The position numbers and the translations under genes are program-made. DNA of 62,476 bases, the filler included, from Stramenopiles sp. TOSAG23-6 (lineage: Eukaryota): assembly GCA_900128565.1 (NCBI GenBank). It is 30 parts of 30 records of this genome, joined end to end, with 100 filler letters (N's around TTAATTAATTAA, not from the genome) between each part and the next. Parts side by side here need not be neighbours in the genome. Positions count along the whole stretch, not along the records: positions 1 to 2,003 come from LT638385.1; positions 2,104 to 4,105 come from LT638386.1; positions 4,206 to 6,207 come from LT638387.1; positions 6,308 to 8,308 come from LT638388.1; positions 8,409 to 10,408 come from LT638389.1; positions 10,509 to 12,507 come from LT638390.1; positions 12,608 to 14,605 come from LT638391.1; 23 more parts are not named here. The stretch is one strand, 5' to 3'. Shown here in pieces: positions 1 through 12,663 of the stretch (its first letter is position 1; each line of letters opens with the position of its first letter). The notes below the pieces were generated by a model. It worked only from the letters and a program-made list of their open reading frames with translations. It was not told where the DNA came from and made no database searches.

Positions 1-2
1 TT

Positions 3-2003
3 AATACTAAATGAACCACTGGATGTAGTGGTACCATAGCCAGATATCATGGATATAGAACCACCAGTCGTATCCGTACTGTTACCTGCCAACATTACGA
101 TACGACCACCAGTAGCTACACTACCACTACCAACAGATATACTGATGCTTCCACTAGCACCTAATGTTGCATTCCCAGTGCGTAATGATATCATACCACT
201 ACTACCTCCAGCGGTTGAACCACTTGATAAAGTTGTAGACCCGGAAACGCCAGCTGTGCCACTATCAGCAGTACGAATACTAAATGAACCACTAGATTTT
301 GCAGATCCATAACCTGTTGTCATTGACACAGCTCCACCAATTGATGATGTACTCTCACCCGCATTGATTGTGATTCGCCCACCGTTTGTTTTGTTTCCAT
401 TTCCGACTGTAATACTGATACTTCCTGATGCACCTTTCACCGCAGCTCCGGAACGAAGTGTGATTGCGCCACTACTACCTTCACTTGTTGTTCCAGATAC
501 AATCGAAAGTGAACCTGATATACCATTAGTCCCTGCATTTGACGTTTTAATACTAAATGAACCACTCGAAGTAGTGCTACCATGACCAGATATCATGGAG
601 AGAGAGCCACCAGTTGTATCCGTAATTTTACCTGCCGACATTACAATACGTCCACCGGAAGATTTAGTACCACTGCCAACAGATATACTGATGCTTCCAC
701 TGGCACCTAATGTTGCGTTTCCAGTTCGTAATGATATCACACCACTACTTCCTTTACTAGTCGTACCAGTTGAGACAGATATAGACCCGGAAACACCATC
801 TGTGCCACTCTTTGAAGTACGAATACTAAATGAACCACTAGATTTTGCAGATCCATAACCTGTTGTAATAGATACGGCGCCACCAGTTAATGTTGTACTC
901 TCACCAGCATTGATTGTGATTCTCCCACCGGTTGTTTCGTTACCNCTTCCAANAANAANACTNANGCTACCNCCAGNACCNAANGTNGCTGAACCAGTTC
1001 GAAGAGTTATCGAACCACTACTACCTTTACTTGACGCACCAGTTGACAATGAAATCGACCCAGACACACCATTAGTTCCAGCATTTGGAGTTTTGATACT
1101 AAAGGAACCACTTGAAGATGCTGTACCATAACCAGAGATCATTGATAAAGAACCACCAGTTACATCTGTACTCTCACCAGCAGACATAACTATACGACCC
1201 CCAGATTCGTTGTTGCCACTACCAACAGATAAACTGATGCTCCCACCAGCACCTAATGTTGCTTTCCCAGTGCGTAATGATATCATTCCACTACTACCAC
1301 CACTTATATCATTTCCAGTAGATAGTGATAAAGAACCAGATACACCATCTGTGCCACCATTTGTAGTACGAATACTGAATACGCCACTAGATGTTGCAGA
1401 CCCATAACCACTGGCCATAGATACGTCACCACCAGCTGATGTTGTACTTTCCCCGGCGTTGATTGTTATTCGCCCACCGGTTGTTTTGTTTCCACTTCCG
1501 ACAGTAATACTTATACTTCCCGATGTTCCTTTCACCGCAGCTCCAGAACTAAGTGTAATTACGCCACTACTACCTTCACTTGTTGTTCCTGATACAATCG
1601 AGAGTGAACCTGATACCCCATTAGTTCCAGCAATCGAAGTTTTAATACTAAACGAACCACTTGAAGATGCTCTACCATAACCAGAGACCAGTGATAAAGA
1701 ACCACCAGTTGCATCCGTACTCTCACCAGCAGACATAACTATACGACCCCCAGTAGCTTTAGTACCACTACCAACAGATATACTAATGCTTCCACCAGCA
1801 CCTGATGTTGCATTTCCAGTGCGTAATGATATCACACCACTACTTCCTTTACTAGTCGTACCAGTTGAGAAAGATATAGATCCAGAAACACCATTTGTGC
1901 CACTATTTGAAGTGCGAATACTAAACGTGCCACTGGATGTTGCAGATCCATAACCTGTTGTCATAGATACAGCACCACCAGTTGAATCTGTACTTTCACC
2001 GGC
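3..2003 (-). CDS. Fragment of a giant Gly/Ser/Thr-rich repeat protein (about 91-aa units, probable beta-solenoid)
   Basis: The minus frame is open across the contig: AGESTDSTGGAVSMTTGYGSATSSGTFSIRTSNSGTNGVSGSISFSTG... The period is about 273 nt, with a 546-549 nt dimer. The plus-strand ORFs are antisense shadows. Confidence 0.85.
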
Positions 2004-2103
2004 NNNNNNNNNNNNNNNNNNNNNNNNNNNNNNNNNNNNNNNNNNNNTTAATTAATTAANNNNNNNNNNNNNNNNNNNNNNNNNNNNNNNNNNNNNNNNN
2101 NNN
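2004..2103. other. Artificial contig spacer (first of 29): N44-TTAATTAATTAA-N44
   Basis: The same six-frame-stop linker recurs about every 2.1 kb (2048, 4150, 6252 ... 60457), and the flanking contigs are sorted by decreasing length. Confidence 0.99.
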
Positions 2104-2368
2104 TTTTTTTTATACGAAATTTTGTACCTAACGTTTATTTTTTGAATTTTTTTTTTTTTTGTTTTTTTTTTGTTTTTTTTTTGTTTTTTTTTTTGTTTTT
2201 ATTGCAACTTTTTTTTACTTTCATGTTTTGAAATTTCAAAAAAAAAGGTTTCTATCCAATCATATTTTTCTTTCATCTGAGAATTTTTATACCATTTTAA
2301 TTGTTTTTGTTTCGTACGAAATATTTTGTACCTAACAAATAATGTAATTGTAAAAATATTATTCACAG

Positions 2369-2931
2369 TATTTGCGTTTCAGAATTTTTTCCCTCGACAT
2401 AATTTCATACAAAAACCTATTTTAATCATTGCAAAGGTATGTGGTATAATTTCAGTTTGCTTTGGATTAATACCGAAAAGTTCAAATCTTCCTACAAAAA
2501 TACCGAAAGAGTCAGGTAATTCAGCGCATGTCATTGCTGTATGTTTTCATCATGATTTTTTTAATTTTTTTTTTTTAGAAAAATTTTGTACCTAAAGATT
2601 TTTTTTTGGCATGTTTTTTTTCATCATGATTTTTTAAATTTTTTTCAAAAAAAAATTTTCAAAAAAATTTCGTACCTAACATTTGTTTCAAAAGGTTTTT
2701 GTACAACACAGGAACGGCGTAGAACAAGAGCGTTAAAAGCTCTTGATCAAAAGTTAGCTGAAATTGCAAGCCTTCCAGCTGTACGTTTTCATAATGAATT
2801 TTTTACCAATTTCGAAAATAAAATTTCTATAGAAAATTTCATACCTAACATTTAAAAAAAAAAANAATTTCACAAAACATGTNAGTATTGACAATGTGGA
2901 TGACGTGGAAAACTCTGTCTCTGTGATATAA
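2369..2931 (+). CDS. TMEM115: TMEM115-like Golgi membrane protein, 3' exons (2369-2538, 2712-2780, 2881-2931)
   Basis: FAFQNFFP...IQKPILIIAK and AERRRTRALKALDQKL match TMEM115 C-terminal motifs. Introns: 2539-2711 GT-AG, 2781-2880 GT-AT. Confidence 0.7.
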
Positions 2932-3330
2932 AACTTCGTTAGGTAGGCAATTTGGTACAGAAAAGAATAAACTTTGTGATATAAAAATTGAGTTTTTCTA
3001 AATGCTATTATTATATTTATTCTTTGAGATAAATGTGCAAAGTACTGACAGCATTAACTTGGAAATGTCTCTTTGAAAACTGAAAAATAAAAAAAAAATT
3101 TACTAGAAAATTTCGTACCTAACGAATTTCAAACTCAACGTCTTACCACTAGTAGAAGTTCAACTTGTGTTCTTACTGAGTAACAATTTTCACCATAATA
3201 AATGTGAAACTATAATATTGCATTTCCTTTAATCTATATTTTTTTTCTCATGAATAATATCGTCTTTTTTTTTTCAAATTTAGTTTTTTTCTCATTGAAA
3301 TTGTTTTAAATGTACCATTTTTCTTTTGTA

Positions 3331-4105
3331 TCACAGTCGCAGGCTACTCAAATTCTTGTTTATGGCATTCTTTTTCCCACCACTACCTCCCTTTTGTTTT
3401 TTTTTCCTCTTTTTACCACTACCTCCCTTTTGTTTTTTTTTCCTCTTTTTACGACCACTACTACTTGCTCCTGAACTACCACTTGCTCCTGAACTACCAC
3501 TTGCTCCTGAACTACCACTACCTCCATTTTCTTTTGGGGATAAAAAAAATGGACCAGGATTTAGAGATGCCAATAAAGGAGGCAAATCATTGCTCCCACT
3601 TGGTCCTGAAGCACCGCTTGGTCCTGAACTACCACTTGCTCCTGAACTACCACTAGATGCTGAAGCACTACTTGGTCCTGAACTACCACTTGGTCCTGAA
3701 CTACCATTAGATGCTGAAGCACTACTTGGTCCTGAACTACCGCTTGCTCCTGAACTACCACTAGATGCTGAAGCACTACTTGGTCCTGAACTACCGCTTG
3801 GTCCTGAACTGCCACTTGCTCCTGAACTACCACTAGATCCAGAACAACCCATTGGGACAACAGTGGTAGTGGAGGATGTGGTGGTTGGTGAGTTTACGGT
3901 GACGGTGGTAGTAACTTCACCACATGGTGATGAAGCACTATTACCGCCACTAGATGCTGAACCACCACTTGGTCCTGAACTACCACTTTTTCCTGAACTA
4001 CCACTCGATCCTGAACTAGATGCTGAACTACCACTTGCTCCTGAACTACCACTAGATGCTGAAGCACTACTTGGTCCTGAACTACCACTTGGTCCTGAAC
4101 TACCA
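3331..4105 (-). CDS. Ser/Gly-rich low-complexity protein, C-terminal part with Lys-rich tail
   Basis: GSSGPS/GSSGAS 18-nt repeats and a duplicated KKRKKKQKGGSG; stop at 3331; open to the contig edge. Confidence 0.6.
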
Positions 4106-4253
4106 NNNNNNNNNNNNNNNNNNNNNNNNNNNNNNNNNNNNNNNNNNNNTTAATTAATTAANNNNNNNNNNNNNNNNNNNNNNNNNNNNNNNNNNNNNNN
4201 NNNNNTATGAAAAAAAAAATTGAAAAAAAAATTGAAAAAAAATTAAACATACA

Positions 4254-4736
4254 TAAACCATCCCAGTCCTTTCCCGTACCATTCAACCCATGTTGGAAAA
4301 TGATAAGATGATGAGGTTTCTCTGGATGATTATCAATTAAACTCGGACCTGTTGTTGTTTTTGCATCTTGAGTTTTGAAGGTTTCTGATGAAAATAATTC
4401 TTGCAAATTGTCCGGATATGTTCTCACTTCTTTAGCGATTATCTTGGCGATTATGGCATCCAATTTGTCTCGTGTTTCAGTCGTTAGATCTTGTTGTGGA
4501 CCATGTCTCGACTCGAGATAGTCTACCGACGGCATTGATTGAGTTGCAATCTTTGCTTTCGCTTGTTCGAGTTGTTGTCGTGTTGTTCTGTTGGTTCTGT
4601 TCGACCTGGTTGAAGAGTAGTTCTTATCCTCACCACCTTGCGGTCTACGAAGACCTCCCCCCCCACCTGGGGCTTCCTCAGCAGCATATACAGAGACAAA
4701 TGCTGCAAAGAATATGATAAATGATGTTTGTGCCAT
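4254..4736 (-). CDS. Secreted putative lipase/serine esterase (DUF676-like), first exon
   Basis: Signal-peptide-like N-terminus; HLIIFQHGLNGTGKDW motif; followed by a GTATGTTT donor. Confidence 0.65.
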
Positions 4737-4922
4737 TGTTGTAACTTGTGAGAGAAGAAGAGATTATCAAAACTGTAAATATGCTAAATATGTAGAATTA
4801 GTATATAACCAAATAACCGACAAAGTTGCGCGAGAACAACGACGACACACATAAAATTTACTAATTTCGCTTTGGATCAGCTGACAAATTATTTAGGTAG
4901 TGATTTTTGTACTTAATTTGGG

Positions 4923-5010
4923 ACGAGTTCCTCGGCGAGGAACTCGTTACAATCAATTTTAACGCTAAAATTTGGTACGTTTTTTCGTAGTTAAAAAAAC
5001 CCTAACCCTA
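4923..5010. promoter_or_regulatory. Candidate elements in a divergent promoter: perfect 12-bp-arm palindrome and telo-box-like AAACCCTAACCCTA
   Basis: ACGAGTTCCTCG-G-CGAGGAACTCGT at 4923-4947, between head-to-head genes. Confidence 0.35.
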
Positions 5011-5206
5011 GAATGTGAAATATGGGCAGTTAAAAAAAATCTCGAAAAAATTTGTCTAATCATCCGTTGAATTGAAATTGAAAAAAAAAAATAGTAGGCT
5101 ATAGTAGTACAGTAAGTAATACTATAGTTATAAAGTTATAAAGTTTCTTCTCTATATTTTAAGAATAGACATTGAAAACTGTACTACGTACAACGTACAA
5201 CTACAA

Positions 5207-6172
5207 ATGAAACGATCAAATTATGGCCATGTTCGCCACCCAAGGAATAGGTTACACCCACCAATGTCAGTCATTATTAGTAATACATGTCCCCCACCCC
5301 CAATATTACCAGCAGCTCAAAAATACATGCAAAACGTAGAGAAGGAGACAACACCTCCATATTTGATGAAAACAGGTATATCTAGTGATGATTTCTTCAA
5401 TGCTAGTAGTGATGATATATGTAATCGTGTCTTACGTCGTGAAGCGCATGAAGATGATCACAGGTTCTTTTTTAATAATGGGTGGAATCATAAATTTGAT
5501 CGTAGATTTCTTGACAACTCAGGAACAAATTCTAATTCAACGTTAAAAGACCTTGTCCAAGGAGAATTGGAAAACACCCATGAAGCCCGTAAATGTGCCT
5601 TACGAAGTGGTGTTGATATTGACCTTTTACAAAAGCATCGATTTTATCTAAGTCATTCATTGGGGAAGAATGTAAGTATAACTAACAATAGCCATAAAGG
5701 CCATTCAGCAAAGGCTGCAGTGACTGGATGGATGACATCACAGGAAGTAGATAAGAAATGTAGTGATACTCCTAACCCTAACCCTACTATACAGGATTCC
5801 AAACAATACAAAATGTCCAAACACGTNNNNNNNNNNNNNNNNNNNNNNNNNNNNNNNNNNNNNNNNNNNNNNNNNNNNNNNNNNNNNNNNNNNNNNNNNN
5901 NNNNNNNNNNNNNNNNNNNNNNNNNNNNNNNNNNNNNNNNNNNNNNNNNNNNNNNTTTGTACCTAACAAATTTTCAAATTTTTTTTTTGAAATATTTTTG
6001 CAAAATATATACTGTACCCAATGTTTTACCTTTAGATGATGAAAAAAGCTGCCATCATCCAAATTTTGTTTCAAAATTAGTTTTGGACACAAAAAAAAGT
6101 AGAAATCATTTAGGAAGTGATCAAGTGAATTCTATTTTAAAGGGGAATCCACCATTACCAATGAATGAATGT
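5207..6172 (+). CDS. Hypothetical protein, 5' exons
   Basis: ATG-initiated ORF of more than 200 aa, then family introns; no recognisable domain. Confidence 0.5.
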
Positions 6173-6373
6173 GTACGTTTTTTTTTTTTTTTTTTAAATT
6201 TGAAATTNNNNNNNNNNNNNNNNNNNNNNNNNNNNNNNNNNNNNNNNNNNNTTAATTAATTAANNNNNNNNNNNNNNNNNNNNNNNNNNNNNNNNNNNNN
6301 NNNNNNNTCGTACGAAATTTCGTACCTAACAAAAAAATTTAGATTTTTTTTGAAATATTTTTTCACATCACAT

Positions 6374-8205
6374 GGTAGTGTAATGAAAGACGTAGTTTTA
6401 GAAGGTAAACTAAAGGGAACTCCTGATGTTTTGTCGTCTATAAGCGATTCCACAAATCTTGAAATAGAATCCTGTCAAGTACGTTTTCATCATGAAAATT
6501 TAATTTTTTTTTTTTTGGTAAAAAAAATTTCGTACCTAACAATTTTTTTTTTACCGAAAAAAAAAAACAAAAAAAAAATATTTTTTCACAATACAATCTT
6601 CATCTGAAAATAAAAGTCATTCTATTGTCAATGATAAAAAATCTTCTTCTGATACAGTAATTTGTGATACTAAAAGTCGCCGAGTAAAACGTTCGTGTGT
6701 CTCTAATGCTGAAGCTGGACGACTAGCGCTTGCGAAGGCCAAAGCTATGATGCCTAAAGTAGAGCCTCGTATGTTTTTATTTTCATTCCAAAAACATTTT
6801 TTCAATTTTTTTTTATAGTACATTTTGTACCTAAGAAAAAATCAAATTTTCGAAATATTTTTTACGATACATGTAGTTCAAAGGCTCAACGTTTAGTGGA
6901 TGCGAGAAAAGCTGATATTACTACATCTTGGAAACATTACAAAAATAGGTTTTTAGAAATTTCAAATAATCGGAAATTCAAATGTACGTTTTTTTCATTA
7001 ATTTCAAATTTATTTATTTTTTTTTGAAAAGTTTGTACCTAACGATTTTTTTTTTACGAAAAAAAAAAAAAATATTTTTTCACAATACATACACTCCTCT
7101 TGGTAATAGTTATCCCTCATCTTTACGTTCTATGGGACAGTGGCAACGGATGAATGTGTTTCGAATCGAATTGGCAGCAATGCAATATCAACTTTGCTCT
7201 ATTGGAGCTCCGGCTGCAAGTTATTTGCCGTCTTTAGAAGAAAATACTACTTCAAACATTTCTGAAAACCCTAACCCTAATCAAAACAAAAATGCTTCTG
7301 AAGACGAAGAAGCAGTTGAAAAGTCATGGAAAAAATTTCATTTATTTATGAATAAATGCAGTACGTGGCGAGATATTTTACCTATGCTTGAAGAATTAGA
7401 GATGAGTGCTGTGAAATTCTCAGGGGAAAATGAATTGGATGTATGTTTTATTTTCTTTCAAATTCGAATTTTTTTTTCATACGAAATTTTGTACCTAACA
7501 AATTTTTTAAGATTTTTTTTTGAAATATTTTTCCAAAATACATTCTGATAGTCTTGGTGAATTACCTTTGAATGTTAGTCTTTCTATAATGTATGTTTTC
7601 ATTTGAATTAATTTTTTTTTTAGTTTTTCGTACGAAATTTTGTACCTAGCGATTTTTTTTTAAATTTTCGTACATCGTAAAAACTCGTAAAAAATAATAT
7701 GTACCTAACAAATAAATTTTTCTAAAGTAAAACATTTGCACAATACATTTCTGATTTAAGTAAGAATGGTCCAATTTTAGATCTGGAGGATGACGACGCT
7801 GAAGAATTAGAAGCACAAGGCTCATTATCAAATCAAGTAAGTCTAGGCTATGGTTTTGGATTTGGGTATGGCTGTGGCCCTTATTCTCAAGACTGGCAGA
7901 GTGTTCAGGGTATTCGTATCCCTCCTCCAAATGTTCCATCTTCTCAAATCGTCTGTGACTTTCCCCGTTTATGGCGAACACGTAGAGATCGACAGCGTTG
8001 GTGGGCATTTCTTCAATTAGGAAGGAAAAACACAAATGGTGCCGCATATGCTCTTTTTTGTCTAACATCGGCAATTACCCGGTATATTCAAGCTTTGTCG
8101 CACTACCGTCATCAGAAAGGTTTAGAGGAAAATAGTATAGTAACATATAAAAGTGATAAAAGTCGTGGTCTAATCCGAAAAAGATCTACGAAGACACTGG
8201 ATTAT
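6374..8205 (+). CDS. Multi-exon nuclear protein fragment, possibly WHIM/DDT-type chromatin protein (exons 6374-6478, 6597-6768, 6873-6983, 7091-7440, 7544-7590, 7749-8205)
   Basis: Six exons join in frame when five non-AG introns (1 GT-AA, 4 GT-AT) are removed. LWRTRRDRQRWWAFLQ...AAYALFCL is WHIM3-like (tentative). Confidence 0.6.
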
Positions 8206-8495
8206 GTATGTTTTATTTTTTTTTTATTTTGAATTATTTTTTTTCGTACGAAATTTCGTACCTAACAAATTTAAGTTTTTTTTTTTGAAATATTTTTCCA
8301 AAATACATNNNNNNNNNNNNNNNNNNNNNNNNNNNNNNNNNNNNNNNNNNNNTTAATTAATTAANNNNNNNNNNNNNNNNNNNNNNNNNNNNNNNNNNNN
8401 NNNNNNNNTTTATTTTATTTTTTTTTTTTTTGGTAAAAAAATTTTGTACCTAACAATTTTTTTTAAATTTTTTTTGAAATATTTTTCCAAAATTT

Positions 8496-10190
8496 ATTAA
8501 TGGCAACATCAGGTACAAGCCAAGCTCATAAATATAGGCAGTTAATTCTTGAGCAACAAAATAAAGAATATTTACGAAACGAAAATAGTTTTTCTCATAC
8601 TGGTAACAATAATAATGTTGAATTAGGTATGAAACATTTTGGTACAAATTCAAAAAATTCAAAAAATTCAAAAAATTCAAAAAATTCAAAAATTGTCAAG
8701 CATCAACCACCTAACCCTAACCCTAATGAACACAATCAACCAATGAGACAATTACATCTGATATATAATATGATTGAGTTGGGGGAAAGATTAAGTGGTA
8801 CATTTTCATTATGAATTTTTTACTTAAATTTTTTTTTTTTGGTTTTCATACGAAATTTTGTACCTAACAAATTTCGAATTTTTTTTTTTACAATACATGT
8901 GCTTGGATGGGAGATAGTACTACAATGATTTTACATACAACTACAAATAAACCTAACCCTAACAGTACTGTGTTATCTTCAAGGCATCTTGTAACCCCTA
9001 ACCCTAATCTTGTAACACAATGGAAAAACACAATTTTAAAATTTTCATATCACCCCTCAAACCCTAACCCTACCTCAGATGACCCCAACCCTAATGGTAG
9101 TACTAAATATCATTCAGATAAATTTGTCATTTCTGGAAGTGGATGTTCTATATGGAGAGGAAAGCATGTATATTATCTCTCTTATATTTTTTTTCAATTT
9201 TTTGTCTCAATTTTTTATTTTTTGAAAATTTCAATTTTTTTTTTTTTTTAATTTTTTTAAATTTTTATTTTTTTAATTTTTTTTTTCGTACGAAATTTTG
9301 TACCTAACAAAAAAAAAAATAAATATATTTTTCACAAAATATATACCATTTACAATTACAGGACAATTTTTCCCAGAATCAAGTAAAATGATTATAAAAA
9401 AACGTCATTCCACATTATACCATAACACGTGTCAATATATTGGACGACTTGATTTGAAGACAATCATATGTATGTTTTTTTTCAATTTTTTTTCAATTTT
9501 TTTTTCAATTTTTTTTTCAATTTTTTTTTCAATTTTTTTTTTAGGGTTAGGGTTATACAAACACAATATCGAATTTTATCTATAGTTTCACAATACATTT
9601 ATTTTGAAACGACAAACCGTGAAGAATTAGAAAGTCATACTCAAGCAAAATACAAACCTGCTCCTTCTGCAAAACAAGAGCGAAAAGAATTAAAAGCAGC
9701 TTTGTCAAGATCTAACTTTAACTTGGGTGTATGTTTTTTTTTAAATTTTTTTAAAATTTTTTTTTTTTTTTTTTTTTTGTACGAAAATTTGTACCTAACA
9801 AAAAAAATTAAAATGTTCAAAATATTTTCATACAAAATATCCCCATAAGACGGCCTATACGACAGATTCCCATAGTGCTCATGTAGAGTTTGGCAAGGAA
9901 CATTATGTACGTTACTATTTATATGTATTAGTTTTTGTTTTCATATATTTATTTTTTGTTAAAAAAAAAAAAAAAATGTAATGTAATGTAATACAAAATT
10001 TCATACCTAACAAAAAAAAATATTGTTCTTGACATATTTTAATACATTTTATTCTCCACCTGACATTGAGGAACAAAAACGAAGAAAAAAATTATTGGCC
10101 TCATCCAATTTCGAATTTGGATATCAACCAATTGATTATAAATCGAGTAATCCACATCAAAACACTTCTTTTCACAGGAAAATTGTATAG
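8496..10190 (+). CDS. Hypothetical multi-exon coding region(s)
   Basis: Exons separated by family introns (8798-8898, 9729-9840); repeated SNFxL/FG..Y motif; some junctions unresolved. Confidence 0.45.
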
Positions 10191-10508
10191 GGAAAAAAAA
10201 AAATTGTATAGGGAAAAAAAAAAATTGTATAGGAAAAAAAAAAAAAAATTGTAAACTTTTTTTTTTTTTTCATACAAATGTTGTGTATGAATTTTTTGAA
10301 CATTATATTTAAAAAATAAATGCTAATTTCTCAATTACTTATATGAAGTTTGAATGTATTTAAAAAATAAATGCTAATTTCTCAATTATATGATGATGTT
10401 TGAATGTANNNNNNNNNNNNNNNNNNNNNNNNNNNNNNNNNNNNNNNNNNNNTTAATTAATTAANNNNNNNNNNNNNNNNNNNNNNNNNNNNNNNNNNNN
10501 NNNNNNNN

Positions 10509-11890
10509 TTGACCTTTCTGAGCTCTATCATGACCAATAAATGAAACATTTGCAGTAGTTGATTTTTCACTTGGTAAACCTAAATAAGCAGCAATGGCTT
10601 GCTTTGAAATATCTTTTCTTTGAGCACATCCTCCAAAACCTCCTTCTATTGGTACAAAACTATTTGAATGTTTTGATGACGTCATAGAAAAGGAAGAATA
10701 TTGACCAGAACTTGATTGAACAGCTTTTTTTGGTAGTGAAGCTCCTAATGAATTAATCTGTTTTAAAATTGAATCTCTACGACTTGTACTAAATGTATAC
10801 GACGGTGCTTTTTTTATTCTTGAATTATATTGAGAATTCAGTATTTTATTATGATCTACAGAATTATTTGTAAAACGAACAACCGATTTTTGTTCTTTCA
10901 TTGGACAAAACTGCTTTTGTATAGCATCTCTTTTCTCTTTTCCAAATGTTACACTAGAAATATTTCGTATTTTTGAATTATGTTTTGTATAAAATGTTTT
11001 ATTGTAATCTATATTTATTGGATCATCACTCAAATCACGTGGTAAACATTTATTGTGAAGAATATTTCTTTTTTTGTTTTGTTTTTTTAATTACCATAAA
11101 AAAAAGTGACCGAAAAACAAAAAATGTAACTATAAAAAAACAAAAAATAATTTTGAAATGAAAATGTACATGCACCCAATTCATTATACCGTTTAAGTAT
11201 AGAGTCTCTATTTGTCGTATTAAATACTGTATTTGGTATATTTCGATATTTAGAATTGTGTTTGGTACGAAACACTTTTTGATAATTTATTGAATCATNG
11301 ACAAGAATATTTTTTGGTGTTTGTTTCAGCCCCGTTGCAACTTTTTTCCACATTTCTCGACTTGAAGATCCAAAATCAAAACTAGGAGGTCGACTACATT
11401 TAGAATTTGCATTGAATCCGGGTCTAGCAGCAGATGTATTTGTACTATACATACTATAATCACGTGGTAAGTATGCGTTAAGAGGATTACTCAACTTGAG
11501 ATTTTGATCTCTTGTAGAATGACCAAAATGTACTGATGGAGGCTTAGTAAAACGAGAATCAACATCTAATGATGGTGCAGATGAAGAACTATCTACATAT
11601 TGACTACAGTCACGTGGTAAAGACGCATTTAATTCATTTGATTGTAAGTAAATGTCATCTCTTTTTGCTTTTCCAAATGTTACCGATGGAATTCCACAAT
11701 ATTTTGAATCTGCATCTAAACTTGGTCTTGGTGCAGCTGTTACTGGACGAGACGAATGATCTTGAGATAGCTGAAGACCTGTGAAACCTGTTGCTAACTT
11801 TTGGCACGTTTCACGACTCGCACATCCAAATTTCATTCTACTAATGTTTGATAAGGCACTTGAGTGACTAAAAGATTTTTGACACCACAC
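10509..11890 (-). CDS. Repeat protein resembling SHIPPO/ODF3-type ciliary microtubule proteins
   Basis: Repeated PSxxFG..xRD and L(N/G)AxLPRD motifs. Removing intron 11048-11169 (GT-AAT) restores LGACLPRD. Confidence 0.55.
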
Positions 11891-12663
11891 AAGTGAAAGG
11901 CAGTTTCATTTGTAGGGTACCCGGGACACGCAATTTTGTGTCGCAACCTAATGTTAACAGGTCTGTCTGTCAATTATATTTATCAAAATCAAAAACAACG
12001 AAAATTAGTAAAATTCTATACTTGAAAATGAGGACCTTTATATCTAGGATGAAACTTTGTTGTATGTTTTATTTGTTTTGTTTGTTTTGTTGTATCAAAA
12101 ACTCGAAATGCACAAGGAGACCATTGAATCTCTTGACACGTTGCAATAATTGCATTACGAAGTCTTACCCCAATGGCTTCTTCTATTTCAATTTGAGTCA
12201 TATCATATAGAGGTGTACACATGTATTTTGGAAAAATATTTCAAAAAAAAATCGTTAGGTACAAAATTTTTATAAAAAACAAAATCGATTTTTTTGTGAA
12301 AAAAAAAAATAAAACATACATACAAAATTGAGATGTCAAATTTTTGATTTTTGTTTCATCTAAATCGACGGAAGATTGTAGGAGAACACTGACACCATCA
12401 AGAATTACCCATGTATTGACACGAGTATCTTTAGTTATGTTATTGAGAGTATATGTATTTTGGAAAAATATTTCAAAAAAAAACTTAAATTTGTTAGGTA
12501 CAAAATTNNNNNNNNNNNNNNNNNNNNNNNNNNNNNNNNNNNNNNNNNNNNTTAATTAATTAANNNNNNNNNNNNNNNNNNNNNNNNNNNNNNNNNNNNN
12601 NNNNNNNTTTCTTTGTTGTTGGTTATTTTTAGATTTTTTTTGAAATATTTTTCCAAAATACAT

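Noticed and set aside
49-1680. Plus-strand Pro/Leu/Val-rich ORFs (also 3326-4153 and 28478-29299)
   Set aside because: Antisense shadows of repetitive minus-strand genes.
2048-2059. Regularly spaced TTAATTAATTAA as a biological repeat or CRISPR-like array
   Set aside because: Always embedded in N runs at contig joins; it is a synthetic six-frame stop linker. Gene neighbourhoods across linkers are meaningless.
6479-8308. Ciliate-like DNA-eliminated sequences (IES) instead of introns
   Set aside because: Strict sense orientation, GT donors, a branch-like motif and AG-ending siblings point to RNA splicing; not fully excluded without RNA data.
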